Shown here piece after piece: positions 49,375 to 58,691 of a stretch of 58,900 bases of DNA. The stretch covers positions 19,201-78,100 of the forward strand of contig CAZEIM010000008.1 of the NCBI GenBank assembly GCA_964512145.1, read 5' to 3'. Every line of letters starts with the position of its first letter. Positions within the stretch are counted from its first letter, which is position 1. The position numbers and the translations under genes are program-made. A model generated the notes under the pieces. That model was not told the origin of the DNA. It ran no database searches and saw nothing but the letters and a program-made list of their open reading frames with translations. The DNA is from an uncultured Flavobacteriales bacterium (lineage in GTDB: Bacteria > Bacteroidota > Bacteroidia > Flavobacteriales_G > JALEGO01).

Positions 49375-50604
49375 CTATAGAATAATTATTTTTCGGGTTA
49401 TATAATATTTATCCATTTTTAAAGAAACAATGTATAAACCCGGATATTTTACTTCATATAAACCCTCGATTTGATTTTTTGAAACTTTATCAAAATGAAC
49501 CGAAAAACATACACCCTGTATATTTAAAACCTGAGCCTCAAATTTTTGTTGGTCATCTTCAATATTGTGAACTTTAATCGAAACAATTCTATTGTTTACC
49601 CTAACATCTATTAATTCCTGCAGAGTATTTTGGGTAAGTTTTACCTGAACTGGTGTATGTAATAAATCAAAAAATTCAGCCGCCCAAAAGGTTGAATAAA
49701 AGTTTTTATCAAAGGTATAAGTACCCGCTAACCCTCCTTCGTAATAATTTATTCCCGGATCCACCGAAATTCCATGACCTAAGTTACTGATCTGATAGGT
49801 TAAAACTACCGTATCTCCCCATGTATTTTCATATCCGGCCCTATTCACATTCGGATACGTAAAAAATGGTGTCTCTGTAAACGAGGGAGTTGTGGTCGTT
49901 GAATGTACGTTGGTCCATTGTTTCACAATTTCTTGCATATTTTGCGAAGCAACAGTTACATCGAGTGAACCATGAAATACCACTAATTCTGGATACTTTC
50001 CCGAATAAAACGGATTACTTAAACGCACTAAATCTCCCCATTGTGAAGGTGTTTTAATATATCCAGGATTCATGGCAAAAATAGCATCTAACGAAGAATT
50101 AGCTGCTCTGTAAGGAAGCCCCGAAAAAATTGCCGCTTTACGAATTTTATTAGGATAATTAGCCATCAAAATAGAAGTCATGCCCCCTCCTGCTGAAAGT
50201 CCTGCAATATAGGTTTTTTGAGAATCTATAGCATAATTTTGACAGGAATAATCAATCATTTGAAGAATAGAAAGGTTTTCGCCAGAATTTTTGGTGTAAT
50301 CTTCTGAGTTAAACCAGTTAAAACAACGATTAAGATTATTTAATATTTTTTGCTCAGGATATAACACTATAAAACCATATTCATCGGCTAAATCATTCCA
50401 ACCTGTTTCGCTTGAAAATTCCTGTGCTGTTTGATTACATCCGTGTAATACAACTACCAGCGGTGCAGGATTATGTATAACGGAAGGTATGTAAACATAC
50501 ATAGTGAGATTTCCAGGGTTTGTTCCAAAATTTGGTATCTCTATCAGCTGAGCCTTCGTATGAATGAATAAGATAAAATAAAAAACACTAAACCAAATTC
50601 TCAT
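49375..50604 (-). CDS. Extracellular PHB-depolymerase/LpqC-type esterase with a probable T9SS CTD
   Basis: FGTNPGNLTM, VVLHGC, CFNWF, lipase box GLSAG, HGSLD and LGHG; tail PGLYIVSL...RKIIIL. ATG 50604 is the preferred start. Confidence 0.85.
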   Translation of the reverse strand: MRIWFSVFYFILFIHTKAQLIEIPNFGTNPGNLTMYVYIPSVIHNPAPLVVVLHGCNQTAQEFSSETGWNDLADEYGFIVLYPEQKILNNLNRCFNWFNSEDYTKNSGENLSILQMIDYSCQNYAIDSQKTYIAGLSAGGGMTSILMANYPNKIRKAAIFSGLPYRAANSSLDAIFAMNPGYIKTPSQWGDLVRLSNPFYSGKYPELVVFHGSLDVTVASQNMQEIVKQWTNVHSTTTTPSFTETPFFTYPNVNRAGYENTWGDTVVLTYQISNLGHGISVDPGINYYEGGLAGTYTFDKNFYSTFWAAEFFDLLHTPVQVKLTQNTLQELIDVRVNNRIVSIKVHNIEDDQQKFEAQVLNIQGVCFSVHFDKVSKNQIEGLYEVKYPGLYIVSLKMDKYYITRKIIIL

Positions 50605-50605
50605 C

Positions 50606-52039
50606 TTAAAATCGAACCCCAAAGGTTATACTGCTAATAAGCTGACTTGTATTTATATTGGTAGATTTTACAAAAGCCGGATCGTAAATATAATACTTAG
50701 AGCTTTGGCTTCTGGTTATAAATCCCAAATCGCAATAAAAATGTTCGGCACGATAGCCCCCGCCAAAACTATAACTAATCATGGAGTTATCATTAGTAGC
50801 TAAACCGGTATAAACATTTGTTCGATATGAAGCCCCAGCGCGAATGGTAAATGAGTTTAACCGAATTTCAGCACCTGACCTGATAGTATGCACCGAATTA
50901 AACGCACTTGAAATCCTTGAATTTTCATCTGCAAATGAGTATGAAGATATAGGTCTTGATTTTAAGAACATATTTGAATAATCTACCATTTCATAATCCA
51001 TACTAATCAACCCGTATTTACCTAAAATAAATGCTAATCCTGCATTATATCTGGCAGGGCTACGTAAAGTGTATTCAAATGTACCTATTGATAAATCAGA
51101 GTTATATTGACCAAAATTTTTATAATCAGCTTCAATATTGGCATCCCAATTATCTTGAAGCGACATAATACTTGAAGTGTGAGCACTGGCAGATAATCTG
51201 ATAAAATCAATAGGCCTGTAAATTACACCAATACCTGCCCTAATACCACTTCCATTAGTCGTTAAATTTTCGGTCATTTGAAAGGAGTTTAATATACTGG
51301 TAGTGTCACCTAACGGCAATGTTTCAGAAAAAAAACTATTTCTAGTATAACGCATACTTAAAAACCCAACAGAACCTCCAATGTATAATTGATCATCGTA
51401 ATTTACACCATACGAAATATTCATTTCACGAATATTCCCCCTTGTAAATATTGTATTTAATTGATTTTGTCCATATTGGGGAATTTGTGTAAAATATTCA
51501 CCCCCTAAAGTGTCCACTAGATAAGTTTGCCAAGCCAAATTACTTCCAAATGGATTGTATATTCCTCTTTCTATATCATATTTAAACACATCTAACAATG
51601 AACTTTCGTTATTTACACCCTGAATGGTAATGTTATTATCGAAATTAGCCAATTTATTAAAGGAAACAGCAAGATTTTTACTTTGCCAACGTGTACCATT
51701 ATGAAACGGAGAAGATATAACAAAACCAAAATTTCCGGTTCTTAAACGTGTATCAATATCATTTGCTTCGGAATTGTAATGTAAAGTATTGTTAGCATTA
51801 AAATTTAAAAAAGGAGTATACGAAATTTCTGTTTTTCTGAAAACTCCGGTTGATGCAGGGTTTATATGTATTGATGTAAAATCACCCCCTAAAGCTGAAA
51901 ATGCTCCGCTTAAAGCATTAAATCTTCCAGTTCCTACGATGTCAAACTGAGAAAACCTAAGTGCATCATCTTCTGTTTGCGCATATAAACCCATTGCAAA
52001 AAAAGTGGAGATAATGGTTTGAATAATCTGCTTTTTCAT
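50606..52039 (-). CDS. FadL/OmpP1-like outer-membrane beta-barrel
   Basis: DALRFSQ..GTGRFNALSGAFSALGGDFTSIHINPASTG hatch motif; C-terminal FGVRF. Confidence 0.8.
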   Translation of the reverse strand: MKKQIIQTIISTFFAMGLYAQTEDDALRFSQFDIVGTGRFNALSGAFSALGGDFTSIHINPASTGVFRKTEISYTPFLNFNANNTLHYNSEANDIDTRLRTGNFGFVISSPFHNGTRWQSKNLAVSFNKLANFDNNITIQGVNNESSLLDVFKYDIERGIYNPFGSNLAWQTYLVDTLGGEYFTQIPQYGQNQLNTIFTRGNIREMNISYGVNYDDQLYIGGSVGFLSMRYTRNSFFSETLPLGDTTSILNSFQMTENLTTNGSGIRAGIGVIYRPIDFIRLSASAHTSSIMSLQDNWDANIEADYKNFGQYNSDLSIGTFEYTLRSPARYNAGLAFILGKYGLISMDYEMVDYSNMFLKSRPISSYSFADENSRISSAFNSVHTIRSGAEIRLNSFTIRAGASYRTNVYTGLATNDNSMISYSFGGGYRAEHFYCDLGFITRSQSSKYYIYDPAFVKSTNINTSQLISSITFGVRF

Positions 52040-52080
52040 GGCTTGTATTTTTTAGTTAAAACTTTTGATATGTTAAATAA

Positions 52081-52120
52081 AACCCATTCATCTGTAATTT
52101 TTAGTACAAATGAATGAGTT
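52081..52120 (-). terminator. Intergenic stem-loop, terminator or mRNA stabiliser
   Basis: On the minus strand AACTCATTCATTTGTA-CTAAAAAT-TACAGATGAATGGGTT forms a 16-bp stem in which both mismatches are G-U pairs. It is followed by TTATTT. Confidence 0.65.
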
Positions 52121-52138
52121 CTTGTGTTCTACTAATTT

Positions 52139-53722
52139 TTATCTTCTTCCTCCGCCTATACTTCCTCCACTTCTACCACCGCCAGGGCTTGGACTGGAAT
52201 TCATTCTAGGCGAAGGGCTTACAGAACCCCCTCTGTTACTAGGAGCAGGACTGGGAGAAGATTGTCTTTCCATTTTTGGAGAAGGAGAAGATTGTCTTTG
52301 ATTAGGAGCAGGTTGCTTTTCCATTCTTGGGTTAGAAGAAGGAGCCGTTTGTTTAGGGGTAGGGGTAGATTTCATCTCCCTCGGGTTTGTATTAGAAGGC
52401 TTCACATTTTCATTTCTTGGAGTAACCTGAGGGTTCCTGCTAGGTGTAGGATTGCCTTGAGATGGCCTGGGCGAAGTGTATTCTTTACTTGGCATATTCT
52501 GATTTCGGTTAGGTTGAGGAGCACTGTAATCTCTAGGACTTACAACATTCTTGGGAGTATTAACCCTCGTACCAGTATTCACCGATTCACTTTTAGGCAT
52601 CGTTTGTTTTTGAGGTTTAACAGAAGGTGAAGAATAAGTGCTAGGATTATTCAACCCTCTGGAAGATTGAACCTTATCTACAGGTTTTGGCGTGTGAATA
52701 TTTCTTATATCTTTAACCCCTGTTGAATTTGTATTAGATGCAGGCTGTTTAACTCCGGAAACATTTCTAGAATCTAAATTACCTGAACTTATATTTTTAG
52801 GAATGTCTTTGGTTGGCTTAACTGCCGACAAATTATGTACAGGTTTACTATTTGCACTTCTCACATCCGGAACTGCATTTTGGTTTACAAATTTTGAATT
52901 AACAGCTTGTTTTCCATACGCTAATTGGTATTTTTCGCTTAAAGGTCTTGGATTATTTCGAGAGGGTAATCCTGATGAAGAAGCACCCGTTGAAGAATTT
53001 CTAGGACCATAATAATAACTATTTGCATCATAACTATTAAAATAATTATTGCTAGCAAAAACACCCTGATTGTAGCCATTGTAAAAACCATGATAATATC
53101 CTTGATTGTATGCATTCCAAGGATTGTTCCATGGGTTCATATATGCCATACCATAGTAACCAAATCCAGGATAACCCCAAGAATTCCAACCGCCTCCCCA
53201 TCCCCAGCTATTCCAAGCCCAAGGATTGTAAAAAGTACCAAATCCACAACTTCCCCATCCCCAGCCGAATCCTACTCCCCACCATGGTCTTGGATTCCAC
53301 CAAGAATAAGTCATGTAAATGCTAGTGCCATAAAAAAACGGATCGTAATTATACCAATACATGTTCGTATAAAAAGGATCATAATAACCAAAACCTGGAG
53401 CATAATTATGAAATCTTCTAATTCGACTAGCATATGCATAATCGTAATAATCATCGTTATTAAATGAGTAATCATTTCCATAATAATTGTTGTTTATTAT
53501 GGTTGTACCATCCGATGAAACTTGAGTGTCTGTTCTATAATAATCGTCTTGATTTCCCGAATAGTCTTCGAAAGGAACATCTTGAGAAGAATTGGAATTT
53601 TGTTCATAAACCCTATCCTTTCTGTTAAAGTAAATATCATCATTTTCTTTCGAATTACCCTGACCGCTTACACTTGGCGAAGCAAGTATTAAAAGGGCTA
53701 AAATGTGGATTAACGTTTTCAT
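52139..53722 (-). CDS. Exported low-complexity protein: Y/N/W/G-rich core and P/S/R-rich disordered tail
   Basis: Signal peptide ending SG-Q, DDIYF and YAYASRIRRFH motifs, YYDPFY and WGWG repeats, a tail with RQSSPSP twice, and the end GGRSGGSIGGGRR. Confidence 0.85.
   Translation of the reverse strand: MKTLIHILALLILASPSVSGQGNSKENDDIYFNRKDRVYEQNSNSSQDVPFEDYSGNQDDYYRTDTQVSSDGTTIINNNYYGNDYSFNNDDYYDYAYASRIRRFHNYAPGFGYYDPFYTNMYWYNYDPFFYGTSIYMTYSWWNPRPWWGVGFGWGWGSCGFGTFYNPWAWNSWGWGGGWNSWGYPGFGYYGMAYMNPWNNPWNAYNQGYYHGFYNGYNQGVFASNNYFNSYDANSYYYGPRNSSTGASSSGLPSRNNPRPLSEKYQLAYGKQAVNSKFVNQNAVPDVRSANSKPVHNLSAVKPTKDIPKNISSGNLDSRNVSGVKQPASNTNSTGVKDIRNIHTPKPVDKVQSSRGLNNPSTYSSPSVKPQKQTMPKSESVNTGTRVNTPKNVVSPRDYSAPQPNRNQNMPSKEYTSPRPSQGNPTPSRNPQVTPRNENVKPSNTNPREMKSTPTPKQTAPSSNPRMEKQPAPNQRQSSPSPKMERQSSPSPAPSNRGGSVSPSPRMNSSPSPGGGRSGGSIGGGRR
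52254..52299 (-). repeat. 30-bp-period direct repeat encoding RQSSPSP twice
   Basis: GGAGAAGATTGTCTTT occurs at 52254 and 52284. Confidence 0.7.
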
Positions 53723-53896
53723 GGCTAAAAATTTATATTAAACTAGCAAATAATATGCCAAAAATACCAATATTAAATAGTTTATTTCTTTCGTTTGAAA
53801 TAAAATTAACACTCATTTTAACATATTGTTCTCCATCAAATATAACTAAATTAAAGCAAGAATGCTTAAACAACTGCCTAATCGTATAAGTTTTTA

Positions 53897-53904
53897 TATA
53901 TTTG
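53897..53904 (+). promoter_or_regulatory. Bacteroidota -7 promoter box (TATATTTG) for fadD
   Basis: TAnnTTTG 29 nt upstream of ATG 53934. Confidence 0.55.
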
Positions 53905-53933
53905 GTTAAATTGTTTTTTAAAAGCTTTACATT

Positions 53934-55598
53934 ATGGTTGTTAATCAAGAACGTCCTTGGCTTGCCCATTACCCAAAAAATGTTCCTGCAAACATAGACG
54001 AAAATAAGTACTCGAGTTTAGTAGAAATGTTTCATGAAACATTTGAAAAGTACTCAAAAAAACCTGCTTTTTCATGTATGGGAAAGGAGTTGACATTTAA
54101 AGAAATAGATATACTATCGAGAAATTTTGGAGCATATTTACATCATCAGGGGTTAAAGCAAGGAGATAAAATTGCTTTAATGATGCCTAACTTATTACAA
54201 TATCCAATAGCACTTTTTGGAGCACTTAGAGCCGGATTAGTGGTTGTAAATACAAATCCACTTTATACCGCTAGAGAAATGGAGCATCAATTTAAAGACT
54301 CGGGTGTAAAAGCTATTGTAATTGCTGAAAATTTCGCGTACAACCTAGAAAAAATAATTACCTCAACCCAAATAGAAACGGTAATTGTTACTAGTATAGG
54401 AGAAATGTTAAGTCCAATAAAAGGTAGCATAGTAAATTTTGTAGTAAGAAACATCAAAAAAATGGTTCCTGCTTACGAGTTAAAAAATAAAGTTTCTTTT
54501 AAGCAAGCCCTAACAGAAGGGAAAAAATATTCTATTCCGAAAATGATTTTTAAACCTGAAGATGTAATTCTGCTTCAGTATACAGGAGGAACAACAGGTG
54601 TAGCCAAAGGTGCCATGTTAACCAATAAAAATTTGGTAGGAAATATGATGCAAATTCGTGCGATTATGCTTCCGTTTTTAAATACCGAAACACAAAATAT
54701 AGCATTATCTCCCCTCCCCTTATATCATGTTTTTGCATTCACTTGTAATTGTTTAGCGTTAATGAATGTAGGGTGTTTAAATGTATTAGTCACCAATGCT
54801 CGTGATTTAAAATCGGTAATGAAAGAGTTTAAAAATTACAACATTAATTTAATGACCGGGGTTAATACATTATTTAATGCTCTATTAAATCAACCGGAAT
54901 TCAAAAATTTGGATTTTAGTTCATTAAAAATTACTGTAGGTGGTGCGATGGCTGTTCAGCAAGCAGTAGCTGAAAAATGGAAGCAAGTAACCGGTTGCTA
55001 CTTATCAGAAGGGTATGGAATGACAGAAGCATCACCTGTAATAAGTTGTAATCCATTTGACAATACAGCTCAAATTGGAACTATTGGTTTACCACTTCCA
55101 TCAACAGACATGAGAGTTGTTGATGAAAACGGAAATGTATTGCCCTTTGGAGAAGTTGGAGAAATTCAAGCCAAAGGCCCTCAAATTATGTTGGGGTATT
55201 ATAATAAACCCGAAGAAACTGCAAAAGTATTAAAGGATGGGTGGCTTAGTACCGGAGATATGGGAAAAATGGTGGATAAAGGATTTTTTAAAATTGTTGA
55301 TCGAAAAAAAGATATGATTTTAGTTTCAGGATTTAATGTATATCCAAATGAAATTGAAGATGTAGTAGTAGGACATCCTAAAGTTTTAGAGGCTGCCGCC
55401 ATTGGAGTAGAAGATGAACATTCTGGTGAGGTTCCAAAATTATTTATCGTAAAAAAAGACAACTCACTTACAGAGCGAGAGATATTAGAATACTGTAAAG
55501 AGCAGTTAACGGGATACAAAAGACCAAAATATGTTGAGTTTAGAAATGAATTACCCAAAACCAACGTTGGTAAAATATTACGTAGGGAGTTAAGATAG
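53934..55598 (+). CDS. fadD: Long-chain-fatty-acid--CoA ligase
   Basis: LQYTGGTTGVAKGA, EGYGMTE, GWLSTGD, DRKKDMILVSGFNVYPNEIE and PKTNVGKILRR. Confidence 0.92.
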   Translation: MVVNQERPWLAHYPKNVPANIDENKYSSLVEMFHETFEKYSKKPAFSCMGKELTFKEIDILSRNFGAYLHHQGLKQGDKIALMMPNLLQYPIALFGALRAGLVVVNTNPLYTAREMEHQFKDSGVKAIVIAENFAYNLEKIITSTQIETVIVTSIGEMLSPIKGSIVNFVVRNIKKMVPAYELKNKVSFKQALTEGKKYSIPKMIFKPEDVILLQYTGGTTGVAKGAMLTNKNLVGNMMQIRAIMLPFLNTETQNIALSPLPLYHVFAFTCNCLALMNVGCLNVLVTNARDLKSVMKEFKNYNINLMTGVNTLFNALLNQPEFKNLDFSSLKITVGGAMAVQQAVAEKWKQVTGCYLSEGYGMTEASPVISCNPFDNTAQIGTIGLPLPSTDMRVVDENGNVLPFGEVGEIQAKGPQIMLGYYNKPEETAKVLKDGWLSTGDMGKMVDKGFFKIVDRKKDMILVSGFNVYPNEIEDVVVGHPKVLEAAAIGVEDEHSGEVPKLFIVKKDNSLTEREILEYCKEQLTGYKRPKYVEFRNELPKTNVGKILRRELR

Positions 55599-55653
55599 TT
55601 ATCAATCAACAAATATTCACCGTATTAAAAAGTATATATTATATTGGATATTT

Positions 55654-57648
55654 TTGCTTTGCTTTCAGTTTCCTATTCTTACTTTTTCAAACCAAGAATA
55701 TAAAATTCATTTACAAGTAAAAAATTGGTTTTATGTAAGTTGTGATGAATCAGAAAACTACACTTTAAATATTAGAAGAAGTGAAGCAGGAAGTTGGGAA
55801 ACTTTCCATTTAATAAAATCCGATCATGGATCATTTCAATTAAGATATAAAAATAAATATGTTGGTTGTTTAAATAATGACTCCATAGTTTTAGCACATG
55901 ATGATATTCATGACTTTTATTTTAAAGCTATTAATCTATCTCCAGGTAAAAAGGTATTAAAAACAGCTCAAAATAAATATGTTGGAATATCTGAATTTTC
56001 ACTCTTTTGTACTACAGACAGCCTAAAAGCTACTCCTTTTTACATAAAAGAAAAAATGGCAATTGGACTAAGCCCATTGCCCAATAGGTCTCTTGTGTTT
56101 TTAATATCTTCTTTGATTTTCATTGCCTTTAGTGTATATTTTTTTATAAATAATACATCCTTATACGCTCTTGTTTTTTTAATTATAGGGGGTTTTTTAC
56201 TGCGATGTTTTATGATAACCTTAAATGATTTTTTATGGCTTTGGGACGAACAATATCATGCCTTGGTAGCGAAAAATTTAATTGGAAACCCATTAAAACC
56301 AGTATTGGTAAAAAATCCAGTATTAACCTATGATATAGGTACATGGACAAATAACCACGTATGGTTACATAAATTCCCTGCATTTTTATGGCCCATGGCA
56401 ATGAGTATTAAAACTTTTGGTTTAGAAGCTTGGGCGGTAAGATTACCTTCGGTAATCTTTAGCACGTTTTGTATTTACTTATTATACGATATAGGCTCTA
56501 TGCTTATGTGTAAGAAAAGAGCCTATATAAGTGCCTTAATGTATACCGTAAGTATTTTTGGATTAGAACTTGTTTCGGGATTTTACGGAATGGATCACAA
56601 CGATACAGCATTTTTTTGTTTTGTAACCGCTTCATATTGGGCATATGTTAAATATATACACACTAAATATTTATATAAATGGGCATTAATGAGTGGTATT
56701 TTTATAGGTTTAGCTGTATTAACAAAATGGCTCATGGGTTTTTTGGTTTTTATTCCATGGAGCATTAACTTACTTTGGATTGATATAAAAAATAAAACAG
56801 CCTGGAAACATATAATTAGCTCGTTTATAATATCGGCAATAATTTCTGGAGCATGGATATTATATATATTTACAGTTTACCCATTTGAAGCAAATTTTGA
56901 GTTTAGTCAAATGGCAAAACATTTTAACGAGGTTATTGAAGGCCATTCTGGAACTATTACATATCATTTTGAAAAAATGACAACTTTATATAATGTTCAT
57001 TACTTGGTTATTATTTCCATGGTGGCTATTTTTATATACTCTTTGCATGAAAAAAGGCATAAAATTTTTACTTCAGTAATTTTTGTATTTTGTTATGTTT
57101 TTTTTAGCATATCATCCACTAAACTTCCTGCGTATCCTTACATTGTTGGAAGTATAGTTATTATAAGTATTTCAAACACATTATACATGGGATTAAAAAT
57201 ATTAGAAAAATCATCTCCGAACATTTTAATTACAAAAATTATACTTTTTGTAGCTTTAGGAGGTATTACTTGGTATTTTTTAGATTTTAACAAAATTCAA
57301 AATAATCATGTATATCAAAAACACAGTGCCTCAGAAAATATTCTTCAACAAGAAAAATTAAAGTTAATATATGAAGGTTTTTCTAATGAAAAATTTTCAA
57401 ATACAATCCTAATTAATTGTCCTAAGTATCATATGGCATCATGTATGTTTTTTTCAAATGTTTATGTAGCCTATGATTTTATTCCTACAAACGAGGAATT
57501 ACATGAAATTTTATCCATGGAAAAAAAAGTTATATGCTTCGAGTTTGAAAAACAACCTATTCCTGAATATATTAGCAAAAATCCGAATATAGAAATAATG
57601 GATATTAATGCTGCATTTTACCCAAATGAGCTAAAACAATTACAATAA
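55654..57648 (+). CDS. ArnT/PMT-like (GT-C fold) glycosyltransferase with an N-terminal fascin-like beta-trefoil; start uncertain
   Basis: LWDEQYHALVAKNL, WLHKFP, AVRLPS and GLAVLTK plus many TM helices. The N-terminus has three L(R/K/Q)xxNxYV repeats and a GSWETF motif. Confidence 0.8.
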   Translation: MLCFQFPILTFSNQEYKIHLQVKNWFYVSCDESENYTLNIRRSEAGSWETFHLIKSDHGSFQLRYKNKYVGCLNNDSIVLAHDDIHDFYFKAINLSPGKKVLKTAQNKYVGISEFSLFCTTDSLKATPFYIKEKMAIGLSPLPNRSLVFLISSLIFIAFSVYFFINNTSLYALVFLIIGGFLLRCFMITLNDFLWLWDEQYHALVAKNLIGNPLKPVLVKNPVLTYDIGTWTNNHVWLHKFPAFLWPMAMSIKTFGLEAWAVRLPSVIFSTFCIYLLYDIGSMLMCKKRAYISALMYTVSIFGLELVSGFYGMDHNDTAFFCFVTASYWAYVKYIHTKYLYKWALMSGIFIGLAVLTKWLMGFLVFIPWSINLLWIDIKNKTAWKHIISSFIISAIISGAWILYIFTVYPFEANFEFSQMAKHFNEVIEGHSGTITYHFEKMTTLYNVHYLVIISMVAIFIYSLHEKRHKIFTSVIFVFCYVFFSISSTKLPAYPYIVGSIVIISISNTLYMGLKILEKSSPNILITKIILFVALGGITWYFLDFNKIQNNHVYQKHSASENILQQEKLKLIYEGFSNEKFSNTILINCPKYHMASCMFFSNVYVAYDFIPTNEELHEILSMEKKVICFEFEKQPIPEYISKNPNIEIMDINAAFYPNELKQLQ

Positions 57649-57662
57649 AGCTTTTAAATAAA

Positions 57663-58625
57663 TTATTGTTTTTTAAGACTCACCTTCGTGCCTACTTTAA
57701 GTTCTTGGTGAATTAATTCTGAATTATACTTTTTTAAATGTTTAAGTTTAATACCATATTTTTGAGAAATAGACCACCATGTATCGCCTTCATGAACAGT
57801 GTGTAATGAGTATTTTTTGGATTGTTTCTTTTTGGGTTTAATATAAATTACCTGATCTTCTTTAATGGATTCTCCTTGGGATAAGTCATTATATTTTTTA
57901 ATCTCCCAGTGTCCTAAGTCGAGTTTTTTAGCTATTTTATCAGGAGTATCGCCTTTTTTAGCAATAATATATGGTATGCCATTTTCGTGTTTAAAAACCT
58001 CGTAACTACTCTCCATTAAAATTTCTTTTGTCTTATAAGGAATAGTTTCTTTACTTATACTTTTTTCTGAATTTGATTTTACATTTTTTACAGGTACTTT
58101 ATCCAATTTATCAAAAACATGTAAATTATTTTCTTCGATAATTTTAATAAGCAATTCTGGGTATTTTGGATTGGTAGCATAGCCGGCCCTTTTAAGTCCA
58201 TGAGCCCATGCCTTATAATCTGTAGAGGATAGTTCAAATAAAAATGCATATCGAGATCTTGTGGTTAAAAACTCTGAATGGTCTTGGTAAGATTGATATG
58301 GGTCTTGATATTTTCTGAAACATTCGTTTTTAGTGTCATCATCTTGAATAAATGTTGGACCAGTCCAGTTATGGCATTTAATTCCAAAATGATTTTTAGC
58401 ATATCTAGCCAGCGGGCTGTTTCCATCTCCACTCTCTAGTATACCTTGCGCCAAGGTTATACTGGCAGGTATTCCGGTTCTTAACATTTCTTTTACCGCT
58501 TCATCCTTATATGCATCTATGTACTCTTGTCGAGTAAAAATTCTTTCTGCAGGTTGAGATTGGGCTAGGGAAAAAAAACAAATCCATGAGAACAATAAAA
58601 AAATTACGTATAATTTATTCTTCAT
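57663..58625 (-). CDS. GH73 glucosaminidase with two LysM domains (peptidoglycan hydrolase)
   Basis: GIPASITLAQGILESG, NHFGIKC and AGYATNPKY; LysM motifs KKGDT..IA and HEGDTWWSISQKYG. Confidence 0.92.
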   Translation of the reverse strand: MKNKLYVIFLLFSWICFFSLAQSQPAERIFTRQEYIDAYKDEAVKEMLRTGIPASITLAQGILESGDGNSPLARYAKNHFGIKCHNWTGPTFIQDDDTKNECFRKYQDPYQSYQDHSEFLTTRSRYAFLFELSSTDYKAWAHGLKRAGYATNPKYPELLIKIIEENNLHVFDKLDKVPVKNVKSNSEKSISKETIPYKTKEILMESSYEVFKHENGIPYIIAKKGDTPDKIAKKLDLGHWEIKKYNDLSQGESIKEDQVIYIKPKKKQSKKYSLHTVHEGDTWWSISQKYGIKLKHLKKYNSELIHQELKVGTKVSLKKQ

Positions 58626-58691
58626 AAAAGACCTATCTATGCATAAAAATAAAGATAACTTCGTATTTTTGAATCTCTTAATAAAAAGATT

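Noticed and set aside
52110..53969. + strand ORFs over the low-complexity gene and short ORFs in the divergent promoter gap
   Set aside because: These are shadows of low-complexity codons or chance ORFs in AT-rich intergenic DNA.
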